A DNA stretch of 64,000 nucleotides, taken from the NCBI RefSeq assembly GCF_964355755.1, contig NC_092672.1, forward strand, positions 27,782,437 to 27,846,436. The letters run 5' to 3'. This document shows, one piece after another, positions 27,201-36,788 of the stretch (positions within the stretch are counted from its first letter, which is position 1; every line of letters begins with the position of its first letter). This DNA comes from Antedon mediterranea (lineage: Eukaryota; Animalia; Echinodermata). A model generated the notes under the pieces. The model did no database searches and had not been told where the DNA came from. It saw only the letters and a list, made by a program, of their open reading frames with translations. Made by a program: the position numbers and the translations under genes.

Positions 27201-30200
27201 TTACCTATGATATAGCAGGGAAGAGTTAAATTACACAATTTAACTCTTCCCTGGATATAGGCCTATACTCAATATAGATATACAGTATATACTGTACATA
27301 TTGTATATGGCATATAATAGGCACAACTCAGCACTATAAGCGTATAATAGGATGGAATACATCAACATTTTCCGATCGTATGTTAACATACGTGCATGTT
27401 TTAAAAAAAATTAATTTCAGTAAAATGATAAAATGATCACTTATAATTCGTCAAAGTGACGAATGAAATTCTAGTTATTAATTATGTTAGGTGTTTTGTT
27501 TTCTAGTGTTTAATGATTCTAAAATACCCTTTATTATCCCAGGTTTTTCAGTTCTTGACAAAAAATGATTTTTCTTTGCGAAAGCGGTAAATAAAAGATT
27601 ACACAGTTTCGCTCGCTCCCCTTCTAGGAAGTGTAGACGATGGTTCTCGGAATGATAATGACTCGGGTAAAAAGGTTTTAAAAGGACGTTCTCCTTGTAC
27701 ATTTTCTGTCGGTTACCATTATTGAAAATGCTTGACATTCATAAAACTAAACCTACTCTGTTGTTTCACGGTGTCTTAGATGATTAATAACATTTTAAAA
27801 TATAGTGTTTATTGTTTGGTAGGGCTTTTATAGGGCGGAGATGGGGAGCTCATTTGAGGGAGGTGCTTATTCTAGGCATATGTTTAGTTTTTTAGTTTTA
27901 ACAATATGGTAACATTTATAATCAAATGAAATCCTCTAATAGATGATATGAAAAGTGGTAAAAAAGAATAACAAATGCTTGGTAAATTGTAGATAACAGT
28001 GCGATGAATTCTACTACAAATAGTATAATTGTGTTATTATAAATGTGGACGGACGTTTATTAGATAGTTGGGTTGGTGGGAGGGTGGGGGGGGGGGGAGG
28101 ATTATTATTCAAAGTGATTTTTTATTGGAGGGGCGTTTATACAAATAAATACCATCCTAATAATTAATACATTATTTAATTTAAACATCTTTTGAAGCTA
28201 ATTTCCGGCCGTTTCGGCCCAAGAAAGAAGACATTACGGCTTGCAACATGGACAGATATCTCGGTCCTAACGGGACACCGATAGCCTACAGTTATTCCTG
28301 CCAGCTTACTCAATAAAACTCGGTTATCGGGATTTCACTCGATTTTAAACAAAATGTCTTATCATCAAATCTCCCTATGTAGTGTTATAATACTATTCCC
28401 CACAAAATATTCCGTTGCTTTATGGCGTATATTTAATTTGATCTTTATTAATTTGCAGTATAATTTTATTTTTTAACTACTGTACCTTCACACGCGCCGG
28501 TCGGTTCCTAAAATAAAACAAAAACTATAATGGCTATAGCTGCTAATGGCGCCCTTAGTTGAAACCAGGTTGTTGCAAGGTGAACACATCGTGAACCCGG
28601 AAATTACTTTGACCGCGTAGAATTGAAATTGAGTTGAAAATCTACCGTTGAAATCATAAATTTTAAAAAAAAACCTCTTTATAATAATAAATTCCTAAGA
28701 TAGAAATATGGAACAATATCGTAATAGTGAAAACCAATGTTATCAAATTTACATTTCGCGGTACATCTGAGATAGATCAGGTATGTATCAAATGCAGAAA
28801 TTTGTATCGAAATTTTTCCATTGTGCTCGCCTAACTATAATTTATATTATACAGATGCTGTAAAAAACTTCTGCTGCGCATTTGAACAAGGCGCTATCTT
28901 TCCTAACCTCACATCTGTTATCAACGCTTACTGAAATCTTTCGATTCAGAAATCCTTAATCATACCCCGTTATCTACAATTTCTGAAAAAATATGACGGA
29001 TTGATCAATGGTGCTTATACTTAAAACATCATTTATGCAAAAAGAGGTAAAACATAATTTTCTTAACGACATTATGTTACTTTTGTATCCTCAAACGTTT
29101 AATTATAATTAGTAAACAACAGCGTTTAGTTAAAAAACGTTTGGTTCAACCTTGAAATAACTCTGAAGAGTTGGTCTATTTGGACTACATGATGTGAAGT
29201 GAAGTTATACACTTGCTACCAAATAATTAGGCCTATTCTTAACAAATAAATTAACATAACAAAAATACATTTCTTTTGCATACATTTTGAATTAAAAGTT
29301 AATGAAATTCAAACAAATGCTCTAAAAAATATCATGATGCTTATTTTTCCTAATAAAACATGTGAAAATGAGTAGAATATTACCAGCAGTTGATCCCAAA
29401 GATACAAACACTTCATGTTGGTTAGTGACAAGTGAAAACCGTTCAATGGTGTCTTTGGTGCTATCAGACCAATACAGTGTAAATGTGCTAATGTCACAAT
29501 CGATAACATCAGGATGAGTTAATCCGACATTATGAACAGCTGATGCTAAAATTAAATTTGCGTTTTCACTGGAACTAATGTTTGTCATATATATTCCCGG
29601 AGGATTCCGGTTGACTACAACCATAACATCACCTGTATTATTAAAATAATATTATAAACAAAATACCCTTTAATTGAACACATAACACCTAAATAGCCAA
29701 TAAGAATAACACAATTATACATTAACACACTAATTATTATTCTATTAAACATTAATTATTGGAATAAAATTCTTTGCTGATTCATAAATAAACACATGAA
29801 CAAATCAAATACAATACCTATGCGCAAAAACAAAAGAGATTTTGCAAAGTTCCAAAGGACTAACGCTGCTTCAAGAGGCGACTTACCTAAAGTAACATTG
29901 GAATGTTTCCATCGTTCTTGTAGTTATTTTGCGACACATTTATATTATGTATTACCATCTGTTTTAAAAGAGTCTTTCAATATTAATTTCTTTAAATTTA
30001 AGTTTTACAAATATATTCTATAGTATTTTGCTTATATTGAATGTTATATAAAGAGTTAACAAAGTTAAGTATAATAGATGTTTATATTTTAAAGGCCTCT
30101 GAATACTAGTTGGCCTGAGGATTCAGCTAGAAGGGTTACCCTCTCTAACTTAAGTGGAAATATATAAATAAAAATAAAAATATTAAGGCCGATCTCTAGG

Positions 30201-31848
30201 AAATTATTAAAGTATTCACTCCACAGATATATTAACAGGTTTCTGACAAGTATTGTTCAGTTGCCCACTATCGCAATATTAAAATAACTGTAGTTACGCA
30301 TTAAGTGTCTTTCACACCTGAAAATCACCTCTCAATATTTCATGACGCTCCTTTCGCGGCTCGTGACGTGCCAATATTTTTACTCGATATGCGTACATGT
30401 GGTAGATTGTATAATGCTTTAGGAAAAATAGTTAATATCATTTCTAGTTACCGATATATTTGATTAATTTACCGTCACCAGTGTGTGAACGAATAACAAG
30501 AACCACAAGGAAAATTATAATTTCAACGTTGTAAATAAATTGTGTTTATTAATAATGTTTAATAATGTTATAAAAGTCAATTCCAGAAAACTTTGTTTAA
30601 AATAATAACAGTAACGAAGTAATTCATATTCAATTCGTACAATAGACAGTAGCCTACTTTGAAGAGCATAAACATCAAGGTTATTCAGACCTAACGTCTT
30701 TGTATTAACTTTTTAAAATTCTTAAAAAGTGTAGGTCCTATTATAGCAAAATATAAGGAAATTAATGAAACAAGGCCATATAGATGGCTGCAGTCGCGTG
30801 CTTAGTGTTTACCGACCGACCGACCAACCTACCAACTGACCGAAATTACTGAACATGTTTAAAAATGTTGAAATGTTTAAAAACAGTTATATTTTTTTAA
30901 TTTACACGGGCGTAGCCTGTCACTTTTGACGTGCTCGTATAACGTAATTCCGAGTTGAAAAGTAAGTCAAGAAAACAGAAATCAGGCAAAAAGAGTGCGC
31001 AATAACATTTAACGTGCAGTGCGCGCGCAAAAATCTGCGCACTCATGGCAATTTAGTAAACGCTTAAAATTGCCTGAAACGTACTCTTATTTCATCGAAA
31101 ATAAATTTTGAAAATTTTAAGCGCGCGTACGCATGCATTACATGCGCTACGCACGTAATTGTATTGGCATATGATGATTTATGCCCTGAAATTTATGAGT
31201 ACCAAATTTTATTTAATTGTGATTCATGGTTGTGAAGATATGATTACAAACGTGATTTCGTTAAATCGTGCGTAGACCGCGTAATTTTTTATTGCGCACC
31301 GTGAAAACATAACCACATCGATTCCTGGCCATAAGGAATATACTGTGAAAAATTGACTTAGCTAGAATAAACTGATATCAAGATAAGGTCAGAAAGCGAT
31401 AAAACGCATAGGCCTAGTGATACCGGACCGACAGACCGACAGACCGACAAACCGACAGACCGACAGACCGACCAACCGACATAGTGAACTATAGAGTCGC
31501 TTCCACGCGACTAAAAACGAGGTAATACGAAATACAAAGATTTAAAAAATGTTATTGATGAAGTTTATCAAATTGCGATGACATTAAGAATGAACAAAAA
31601 TGTGATAAATAACTGTATGTAATGTTATGTGATGACATGAAAGATAATGAATGTGAATAAAGTGGAGTTTACGCCACAAAAGAGAACAAAACACCATCAG
31701 TTTTCTTCCTAAATTTAGAAGCAGTTAGTCGGAGATACCCTTTACATTTACAGCATTGGTAAATACTAAAATATATTAATAACATACCTTTAATTAAATG
31801 TAGAAGTATAACAGAAAGAAAAAAACAGACGAACTTCAAACAGGCCAT
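168..31848 (-). CDS. 17-exon gene for a predicted secreted 1106-aa multidomain protein (signal peptide - YWTD beta-propeller - beta-rich region - C-type lectin - Cys-rich - Asp-box C-terminal domain)
   Basis: Hand-spliced exons 31788-31848, 29384-29632, 17918-18080, 16956-17080, 14148-14393, 12085-12239, 11023-11091, 9410-9524, 8309-8993, 3987-4176, 3354-3555, 2689-2900, 2304-2526, 1687-1896, 1166-1318, 513-716, 168-226. All introns are GT-AG, phases match at every junction, total 3321 nt with no internal stop. Confidence 0.85.
513..716 (-). CDS. exon 16, Asp-box/BNR motif (RSKDHGATW)
   Basis: Acceptor caatag, donor gtgagt, phase 1-1; S-x-D-x-G-x-T-W motif. Confidence 0.85.
1166..1318 (-). 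CDS. exon 15 (DYYDQGFVITKK...CNPS...SCYV...RWK)
   Basis: Acceptor ttcgacag, donor gtaaaa, phase 1-1, open frame; missing from the ORF track. Confidence 0.8.
1687..1896 (-). CDS. exon 14, Cys-rich segment (6 Cys)
   Basis: Acceptor ttacttaag, donor gtaagt, phase 1-1. Confidence 0.8.
2304..2526 (-). CDS. exon 13, C-type lectin domain C-terminal half
   Basis: FKWTNGS...FTKWLPNRPG...EDC...WDIMDC...AICE pattern; acceptor ttctag, donor gtacgc. Confidence 0.9.
2689..2900 (-). CDS. exon 12, C-type lectin domain N-terminal half
   Basis: C..GY..YNETCYKVF...TWDAAKAACE...AQLV.I...YWIGLKD; acceptor cttatag, donor gtgagt. Confidence 0.92.
3354..3555 (-). CDS. exon 11
   Basis: Acceptor tttcacag, donor gtaagt, phase 0-1, open frame. 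Confidence 0.82.
3987..4176 (-). CDS. exon 10
   Basis: Acceptor cttttcag, donor gtaagt, phase 2-0, open frame. Confidence 0.82.
4928..8251 (+). mobile_element. composite/tandem non-autonomous Helitron (one 5' end, two 3' ends)
   Basis: 5' a|TCTATATATAAA at 4928; identical 3' hairpins ctagatggtacgcgagcgaagcgagcgtaccatCTAG|t ending at 6648 and 8251; internal sequence shared with 56163-57462. Confidence 0.85.
8309..8993 (-). CDS. exon 9, large beta-strand-rich exon
   Basis: 685-nt open exon, acceptor tatgtag, donor gtaagt, phase 1-2; alternating hydrophobic pattern suggests beta-sandwich folds. Confidence 0.88.
9410..9524 (-). CDS. exon 8
   Basis: Acceptor ttttcag, donor gtattt, phase 0-1. 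Confidence 0.78.
9746..10866 (+). mobile_element. 5'-truncated Penelope-like retroelement (RT C-terminus + GIY-YIG endonuclease), decayed
   Basis: VYRKPTHTNQYLHF..CHP and C..C...YVGETGRALKTRIKE...E...I......N.D.G motifs; in-frame stops; 13-bp direct repeat acctatatctatg at 9733-9745 and 10867-10879. Confidence 0.88.
10744..10785 (+). ncRNA. degenerate minimal type I hammerhead ribozyme motif in the Penelope 3' region
   Basis: ACTT..AAGT stem I, GCCT..AGGC stem II, then GAAACGTC with palindromic ACGT; the 5' core deviates from CUGANGA. Confidence 0.5.
11023..11091 (-). CDS. exon 7 (FNLSEVPFIWTLTGNGNTDSTIT)
   Basis: Acceptor ttttttcag, donor gtatgg, phase 0-0. Confidence 0.72.
12085..12239 (-). 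CDS. exon 6 (TPIIIMDASATVAD...TTENME)
   Basis: Acceptor actttcag, donor gtaatt, phase 1-0. Confidence 0.8.
12441..13216 (+). mobile_element. Helentron-associated non-autonomous element (HINE/DINE-1/pearl-like)
   Basis: 5' T-run plus hairpin agtcgcgtggacgcgact, (GTCT/GTCG)n microsatellite, 3' subterminal cacgcgact and ggctgttggcc stem-loop; head repeated internally at about 13100. Confidence 0.75.
14148..14393 (-). CDS. exon 5, LDL-receptor class B (YWTD) repeats 5-6
   Basis: GKMYWSD...IEEANLDGTNRRTII...PFKIDIYGKYLYLTD...RPKGLSIL; GT-AG boundaries, phase 1-1. Confidence 0.92.
14882..16066. mobile_element. foldback-type non-autonomous DNA element with tandem-repeat arms
   Basis: Left arm (ggacaactacccc)n about 14900-15560, right arm its reverse complement (ggggtagttgtcc)n about 15797-16060; 6-bp direct repeat attttg on both flanks. 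Confidence 0.7.
16956..17080 (-). CDS. exon 4, YWTD repeat
   Basis: GYLYWTDTRNDLIERAKLNDLSTRTVLV...AKGLVLA; acceptor acttag, donor gtaagt, phase 2-1. Confidence 0.9.
17918..18080 (-). CDS. exon 3, YWTD repeat
   Basis: [38 protein letters not shown]...PFAIEID; phase 1-2. Confidence 0.92.
18205..19577 (-). mobile_element. 5'-truncated LINE (CR1/L2-group reverse transcriptase C-terminal part)
   Basis: GVPQGSVLG.ILFLIYINDL, FADD, YGIEIWG, H.YNTR, WNDLP motifs in an open frame; aataaa plus A-rich tail at 18205-18237. Confidence 0.9.
20040..20464 (-). repeat. about 365-bp repeat unit with about 60-bp terminal direct repeats containing a tRNA-like sequence
   Basis: gcaaagaacattaattctaaaccgcccggtgatatactgaaat occurs at both ends; partial second copy at 35806-35923. 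Confidence 0.7.
20158..20229 (-). tRNA. tRNA-Asp(ATC)-like sequence, probably repeat-borne pseudo-tRNA
   Basis: Acceptor GCTCCAG/TTGGGGC, A-box TGGTCTAATGG, anticodon arm TCTGC-ATATCAA-GCAGG, T-arm CCGAG-TTCGAGT-CTCGG, followed by TTTTT. Confidence 0.55.
20465..22450 (+). mobile_element. Gypsy (Gmr1-like) LTR retrotransposon remnant: gag, RT-end/RNase H, PPT, start of 3' LTR
   Basis: Gag VPKFNEDEVETYFLAFEKIA..LKWP..W; RNase H DASDVGSGAVL..E..YSTVEKE..TDHNPL..NVVADALSR*; purine-rich tract aagtggagg then TG at about 22392. Confidence 0.85.
21014..21493 (+). repeat. near-identical copy of 15302-15780 inserted inside the Gypsy remnant
   Basis: Direct sequence match over about 480 bp; I see two substitutions and a C-run length difference. 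Confidence 0.92.
22953..24060. repeat. degraded interspersed repeat related to HINE internal sequence
   Basis: Shares motifs such as tacgagcacgtcaaaa and gcgcgttaaaaattt with 12800-13050 and 58190-58400; begins with (ttc)n. Confidence 0.4.
24120..26560 (+). mobile_element. Tx1/L1-type LINE ORF2 fragment, decayed, split by a MITE
   Basis: FADDTT, W..RHLS.IGR..IVKTL..SKL.Y, GGL, WKILH.VYPT...C..C (zf-RVT) motifs; stops and frameshifts. Confidence 0.88.
25037..26010. mobile_element. MITE with about 125-bp TIRs and 9-bp TSD (Mutator/MULE-like)
   Basis: TIR gc(g/a)atttttttttcgtacataagttggggaccccctcatgaaacgtcac...; TSD ctccgggac at 25028-25036 and 26011-26019. Confidence 0.9.
27216..27253. mobile_element. 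38-bp palindromic micro-MITE with 7-bp TSD
   Basis: cagggaagagttaaatt-acac-aatttaactcttccctg flanked by gatatag on both sides. Confidence 0.8.
29384..29632 (-). CDS. exon 2, first YWTD-type repeats
   Basis: HPDVIDCD...TLYWSDSTKDTIERFSL; acceptor aatacag, donor gtaata, phase 1-1. Confidence 0.85.
30768..31517 (-). mobile_element. HINE-type element, same family as 57769-58606
   Basis: Reverse-complement match; terminal hairpin agtcgcttccacgcgact and (accgacag)n microsatellite. Confidence 0.78.
31788..31848 (-). CDS. exon 1, signal peptide MACLKFVCFFLSVILLHLIKG
   Basis: aaaaATGG start context, Lys plus hydrophobic core, donor gtatgt in phase 1 matching exon 2. Confidence 0.75.
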
Positions 31849-32021
31849 TTTTTAAAACAATCTAATTTCACAGTCTGTTAATAAACCATGTTCAATTACG
31901 TCGTCAAAAACGAATATGCTGTATATCACACGGTCTCAATATTATAATTAACGCAATCTTGTTGCGATTTGTTAATACTAACGCTATATTTATTCAAATT
32001 AATTTAATACATAATTAAGAC

Positions 32022-32645
32022 ATCATTATTTTGTTTAAGCATTCAACAGGTAGGCATAGCATTCGTTCGATGTATAATGCTTTAGAAAAACATTAATCAA
32101 ACTCATCTTCAAGACCCCAATGACAGCGCGCGTTTATTGTGCATGACGATTGCAAACAGCAATCATCTGCAATAGGCCATCTCTTTGTCGATCGAGCTAA
32201 TCTGACAAAGCACGCATCATTTTGTTTAAGCATTCAACAGATAGACATAGCATTCGTTCGAAGTATAATGCTTTAGAAAAAAAATAATGAAAAGCTCATC
32301 CTCAATACCCCAAGGACAGTGCGCGTTTATTGTTTAAGCATGAAGATTGCAAACAACAATCCTCCGCAATAGACAATCTCTTTGCCGATCGAGCTGATCT
32401 GGTAAAGCAAGCATCATTTTTTTAAAGCATTCAACAGGTAGACATAGCATTCGTTCGATGTATAATGCTTTAGAAAATAAAAATTAATAAAAACTCATCT
32501 TCAAGACCCCAAGGACAGCGCGCATTTATTGTTTAAGCATTCAACAGGTAGACATAGCATTTGTTCGATGTATAATGTTTTAGAAAAAAAAATGAATGAA
32601 AAGCTTATCTTCAAGACCCTAAGGACAGCGCGCGTTTATTGTTAA
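32022..32645. repeat. tandem repeat, about 190-bp unit (two full and two shortened copies), just upstream of the gene start
   Basis: Recurring tttaagcattcaacaggtagacatagcattcgttcgatgtataatgctttagaaaa at about 32034, 32225, 32420, 32532. Confidence 0.85.
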
Positions 32646-33026
32646 GGACCGGCGCACTCTAGAGTTTTCGGCTGAGCCAACTGGCACTTGGCCGGCTCAC
32701 TCACTCAAAAAAATTTGCCGCAAACTGTGATCGCGTTCTATCAGACACCCACTAAACGCCTTCAGTACACGATTTTCTAATCGGATAATTACTTACTACG
32801 CTATACGGCACGCGCTAACATATTATAATAAATCAGAACATGTCATGCGCAGTGGAATTTTTTAGTGAGCTATCTGTTCACGTGAGGTAAATGGCACGCG
32901 TGGCAAAAAATATTAAACACGATAGATATTTTCCTCAGCGGCACGAGTGGCCGATTCCTCACGAATTCTCCGGCGCACATTGTGAGTCAAGTTGGCTCAG
33001 CCGAAAGCTCTAGTGTGCGCTATCCT
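32645..33026. mobile_element. MITE with about 40-bp imperfect TIRs
   Basis: gcgcactctagagttttcggctgagccaact versus reverse complement gcgcacactagagctttcggctgagccaact; no clear TSD. Confidence 0.65.
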
Positions 33027-33029
33027 CTG

Positions 33030-35660
33030 CATCGTTCTAAACATTCGGCCCCTAAAGAACTTCAATTTTATGTCACATCTGGTATTCGATTTGCAGATGA
33101 TAGCATGCGTTCTCGTTGGAACTCTATCCTTTACAAAAATGCTTGTCAACTCAACGAGATCCAAATGGGCAATTGCCGCAAAATACTCACTGAGTTTGAC
33201 GTTGAAATTCACTCTAGAAATAAGAAATTGAAAAGAGAACTTCCTGCATCCGAGTTTCGAAACAAACTCAGGATTATCGCAAATGATTGCCGTAAGCAAT
33301 CAACGGTAATGGCCCGAAGGGGACATCACAAATTTGGTCTACCTGCAGACATGGTCATTTCAACACAAATGACTCTACCTTCGGATGATTTCAGGGCTTT
33401 TAGGAAACCCTGCAGAAGGTTCGTTCGGACTTATAACAAGAATCGGAGCAACACCTCTGTGTTGAAATTAATTGTCGACTTTCCGAAGGAGAGAAAAAAC
33501 TTCTTTCCCGAGGACTTAAATTCTGCCCAAAACCAAGGCAGGTCGGCGCACAACAACTATCTTTGGATATGGAGTCTTTCTCCAGAAGACTACGATTACG
33601 TGAATGTTTTGCTGATTCAGACAGCAGCACCACGCAAAACGAAGGCAACGTTAACAAATTTAAATCAAAAAGTTCCTGGAATTCACCTAAAAATCGTTGT
33701 CCAGCTTTAGAAACATTTATTCAGGCTATTGAGGAGGATGTACAAAACTACGTCCCGAGTCTAGATAAACGTGACAATCTCTCAAAACAAGAGAGGCAGG
33801 CCATTGCCAAATTGCGTCAGCGTAATGATATCATCATTAAACACGTTGATAAATGTTCTGCCACTGTTGCTATGGACATCAAATTTATGAAGAGGAGTCT
33901 TTAAGACAGCTAAACAATCCTCTTCATTATCGTAAACTTACAACGGATCCCACCCCGGAAATTGCGGATAAGGTGGCCAAATCTGTTTCTGTGATGGTAA
34001 AAAAACACTCCATCGATTCTAAGATTAGACGTCATTTGGCACAGGTCAATCCAGTTCCAGGCAGATTTTATTTCCTACCTAAAATCCACAAAGCAGGCAA
34101 TCCTGGTAGACCCATTATTTCTGGCAATGGCACTGCACTGCTACAGAGAAAATTTCTGAATATGTGGATGATTTACTTAGACAGACCATACGTGACTGAT
34201 CTCCCTTCAAACATTCAGTACTCCACGCAAAATTAACCAAATTAAAAATTTACCTAATAATTCTGTTCTGGCTACATTAGATGTTTCATCATTGTATACT
34301 AATATCCCTCACGAAGAAGGACCCGACGACGCATGTATTTTAAATTACAAACAAATTACAGGCAAAACGCCTACTAAAGCTCATTTACGAGAACTTGTCA
34401 TGTTGATTTTAACCAACAACAATTTTATTTTTGGAAATGACCATTCATTGCACAGCGATGGGAAACAAGAATGGCGCCATATTTTGCAAATTTATTTATG
34501 GGACAATTTGAGGTCAATTTTCTGTACCTAATAAACCACTTGTTTGGTTTAGATACATTGACGACATCTTCATGATCTGGACCCATGGTGAAGATAATTT
34601 GGAATCTTTTCTTCTCAATATTAATTCAGCCCACCCAACTATCAAATTTACAGCTACCAAATCCACTAGTAGCGTTGATTTTTTGGACACCATAGTGACC
34701 ATAGAAAATGGTACACTCAAAACTGACCTATTCCGTAAACCCACGGATAAAAATATGTACCTGCTCCCTAGCAGTTGTTATCCCCGACACTGTACTAAAA
34801 ACATACCGTACAGTCAAGCATTACGTATCTGTTCTTCAGATTTAGATTTTCAGAATCGTACCGAAGAACTAACCGGACATCTCCGGAATAGAACTTACAA
34901 GAAGGAATACATCAAAACTGCTATAAAGAAAGCAAAAGATATTCATCGATGTCAAACACTGACGTACAAACCACGTCAGCCAAAAAATTCGACCAGAGTA
35001 CCATTGGTCACAACCTATCACCCTAGGTTGCCTCCATTACCGGCTATTATTAAGAAACATATGCAATTCTACAGACCACAGAACGTCTCAGGACTGTTTT
35101 TCCGGAACCACCCATTGTTGCATTTCGTAGACCAACCTTCGTGATATATTAGTCAGATCCAAATTTAAGAGTGAAATTAACTCTCATGACAGCCAAAATT
35201 TGGGCAGTCACCTTTGCGGCAAATCTTGCAAAACTTGTTCATTGATTGATTCTACTGAAAAATTTAAGAGTAACCAAATTGGCCGCATTTTTCGGATAAG
35301 ACAATCAATTAATTGTCTAACCAAAAACGTCATTTATACTGTAATATTTGTGGCAAACAGTACGTCGGAGAAACAAAAAACACTCTCCGTATGAGAATGA
35401 CACAACACAGATCAGCTATCAAAACATTAAAGCTTGATCAACTTGTAGCCGAACATTTTAATTTAGCTGGTTACTCGATTGCATATTTCAGAGTTATTGC
35501 GATAGACCACTAATGTCAAATGGAGCGACAAAACTCGCAAAGACAAAGAAAACCACTGGGAATTACAACTTAAAACCACAAAACCTTTTGGACTTAACAT
35601 TAGGAAATTAGGAACATACTCCCAGATCGGTAAAATTATTCCATTGACTACCAACATTTA
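33030..35660 (+). mobile_element. near full-length decayed Penelope-like retroelement (Neptune-type linker)
   Basis: DNLS..ER.A...L....DIIIK..DK, FYFLPKIHK.GNPGRPIISG, LDVSSLYTNIPH, W.RYIDDIF.IW, TDLFRKPTD; Cys-rich CGKSCKTC linker; GIY-YIG C.ICGKQYVGET; many frameshifts. Confidence 0.9.
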
Positions 35661-35805
35661 AGTTTCAATATTAACCACCATTTAAGCTGTTTTTTAATTT
35701 CACTCCAAAATTGTTTATATCTCTACCAAGCTACCTTCTTTGTTTTCTACTCTTATTCAGACTCCACCCCGTCGCCCTTTGTTGTATTTCTTTTATTCCT
35801 GTTCA

Positions 35806-35923
35806 CCCGAGACTCGAACTCGGACCGCCTGCTTGATATGCAGTTGCCCTAACCATTAGACCACTGAAGTTTTCATGGTATTGTTCTTTAACTCGATTGG
35901 ATAACGACCCTTTAACATTCTCG
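35806..35923 (-). repeat. partial second copy of the tRNA-like repeat
   Basis: Matches 20166-20281, including about 55 bp upstream of the tRNA moiety. Confidence 0.75.
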
Positions 35924-35934
35924 ACGTAGGCCTA

Positions 35935-36510
35935 CTAGTAGCGCACAGTGCTAAACTAAATCCTATTCATTATCACTGTGTTCAAGTAGGCCTACAACCA
36001 AAATGGGTAGTACCGCACAGTGCTAAACATATTGCTGATTTTAATCGTATCCTATTCATTGTCACAGTGCGCAAGTAGCCTACAACAAAAGCGGGTATAG
36101 TAGCGCACAGTGTGCTAGCTAAACGTATTGCTGATTTTAATCGTAACCTATTTATTATCACTGCACGCAAGTACAAGAAATAATGAGTATAGTAGCGCAC
36201 AGTGCTAAATTTGTTTTAATCGCATTATCAGTGTGCGCTAGTTACAGCCAAAATGGGTATAGAAGCGCACAGTGCTAAACTCAATCCTATTATTATCACT
36301 GTGCGCAAGTACAACTAAAATCGGTACAGTAGCGCACATCAGTGCTACTGTAAACTAAATCCTATTTCTTATCATTGTGCTCTAGTACAACCAAAATGTG
36401 TAGGCCTATAGTAGCGCACAGTGCAAAACTAAATCCTATTTATTATCATTTTTGCTCAAGTACAACCAAAATGGGTAGGCCTATACTATTTAGAGCACAG
36501 TCCTAAACTA
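35935..36510. repeat. minisatellite, about 60-80-bp unit, about 8 copies
   Basis: Recurring tagtagcgcacagtgctaaac...atcctatt.attatcactgtgcgcaagtacaaccaaaatggg. Confidence 0.85.
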
Positions 36511-36658
36511 AAGGCTTAGGCAAAATTGCAATACTGAGATTTAATAATTCGTATTTTAAAATCCTGAACTGTATTTACAGTGGTAATTGCATTATATCGC
36601 CTTTACTAAAGTATATTTTTTTTAACATTATACAGATATTGGCTGCTTAGAGGTTAAA

Positions 36659-36788
36659 TATAAGATTTGACATCCCCGAGGGAATGATATTTTGTTCGAG
36701 GGAATATATATTTCCCGAAGCGCTAGCTGAGGGAATAAAGTATTCCCGAGAACATAATATCATTCCCGAGTGTATGTAAAATCTTATA
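36659..36788. repeat. long imperfect hairpin (about 58-bp arms)
   Basis: tataagattt..gggaatgatatt.tgttc..gggaata..ttccc, loop gaagcgctagctga, then reverse complement; outer IR atatcgccttt / aaaggcgatat. Confidence 0.75.

Noticed and set aside
30473-30530. Hydrophobic signal-peptide-like frame (VEIIIFLVVLVIRSHTGD) ending at a phase-1 GT donor on the minus strand
   Set aside because: No nearby in-frame ATG or convincing acceptor; cannot be supported as an alternative first exon.
32982-33030. Start of the 242-aa ORF
   Set aside because: Begins at a GTG within a MITE terminal repeat; not a real start codon.
35935-36510. Regularly spaced repeats resembling a CRISPR array
   Set aside because: The intervening sequences are homologous to each other, there are no cas genes and the context is eukaryotic; it is a minisatellite.
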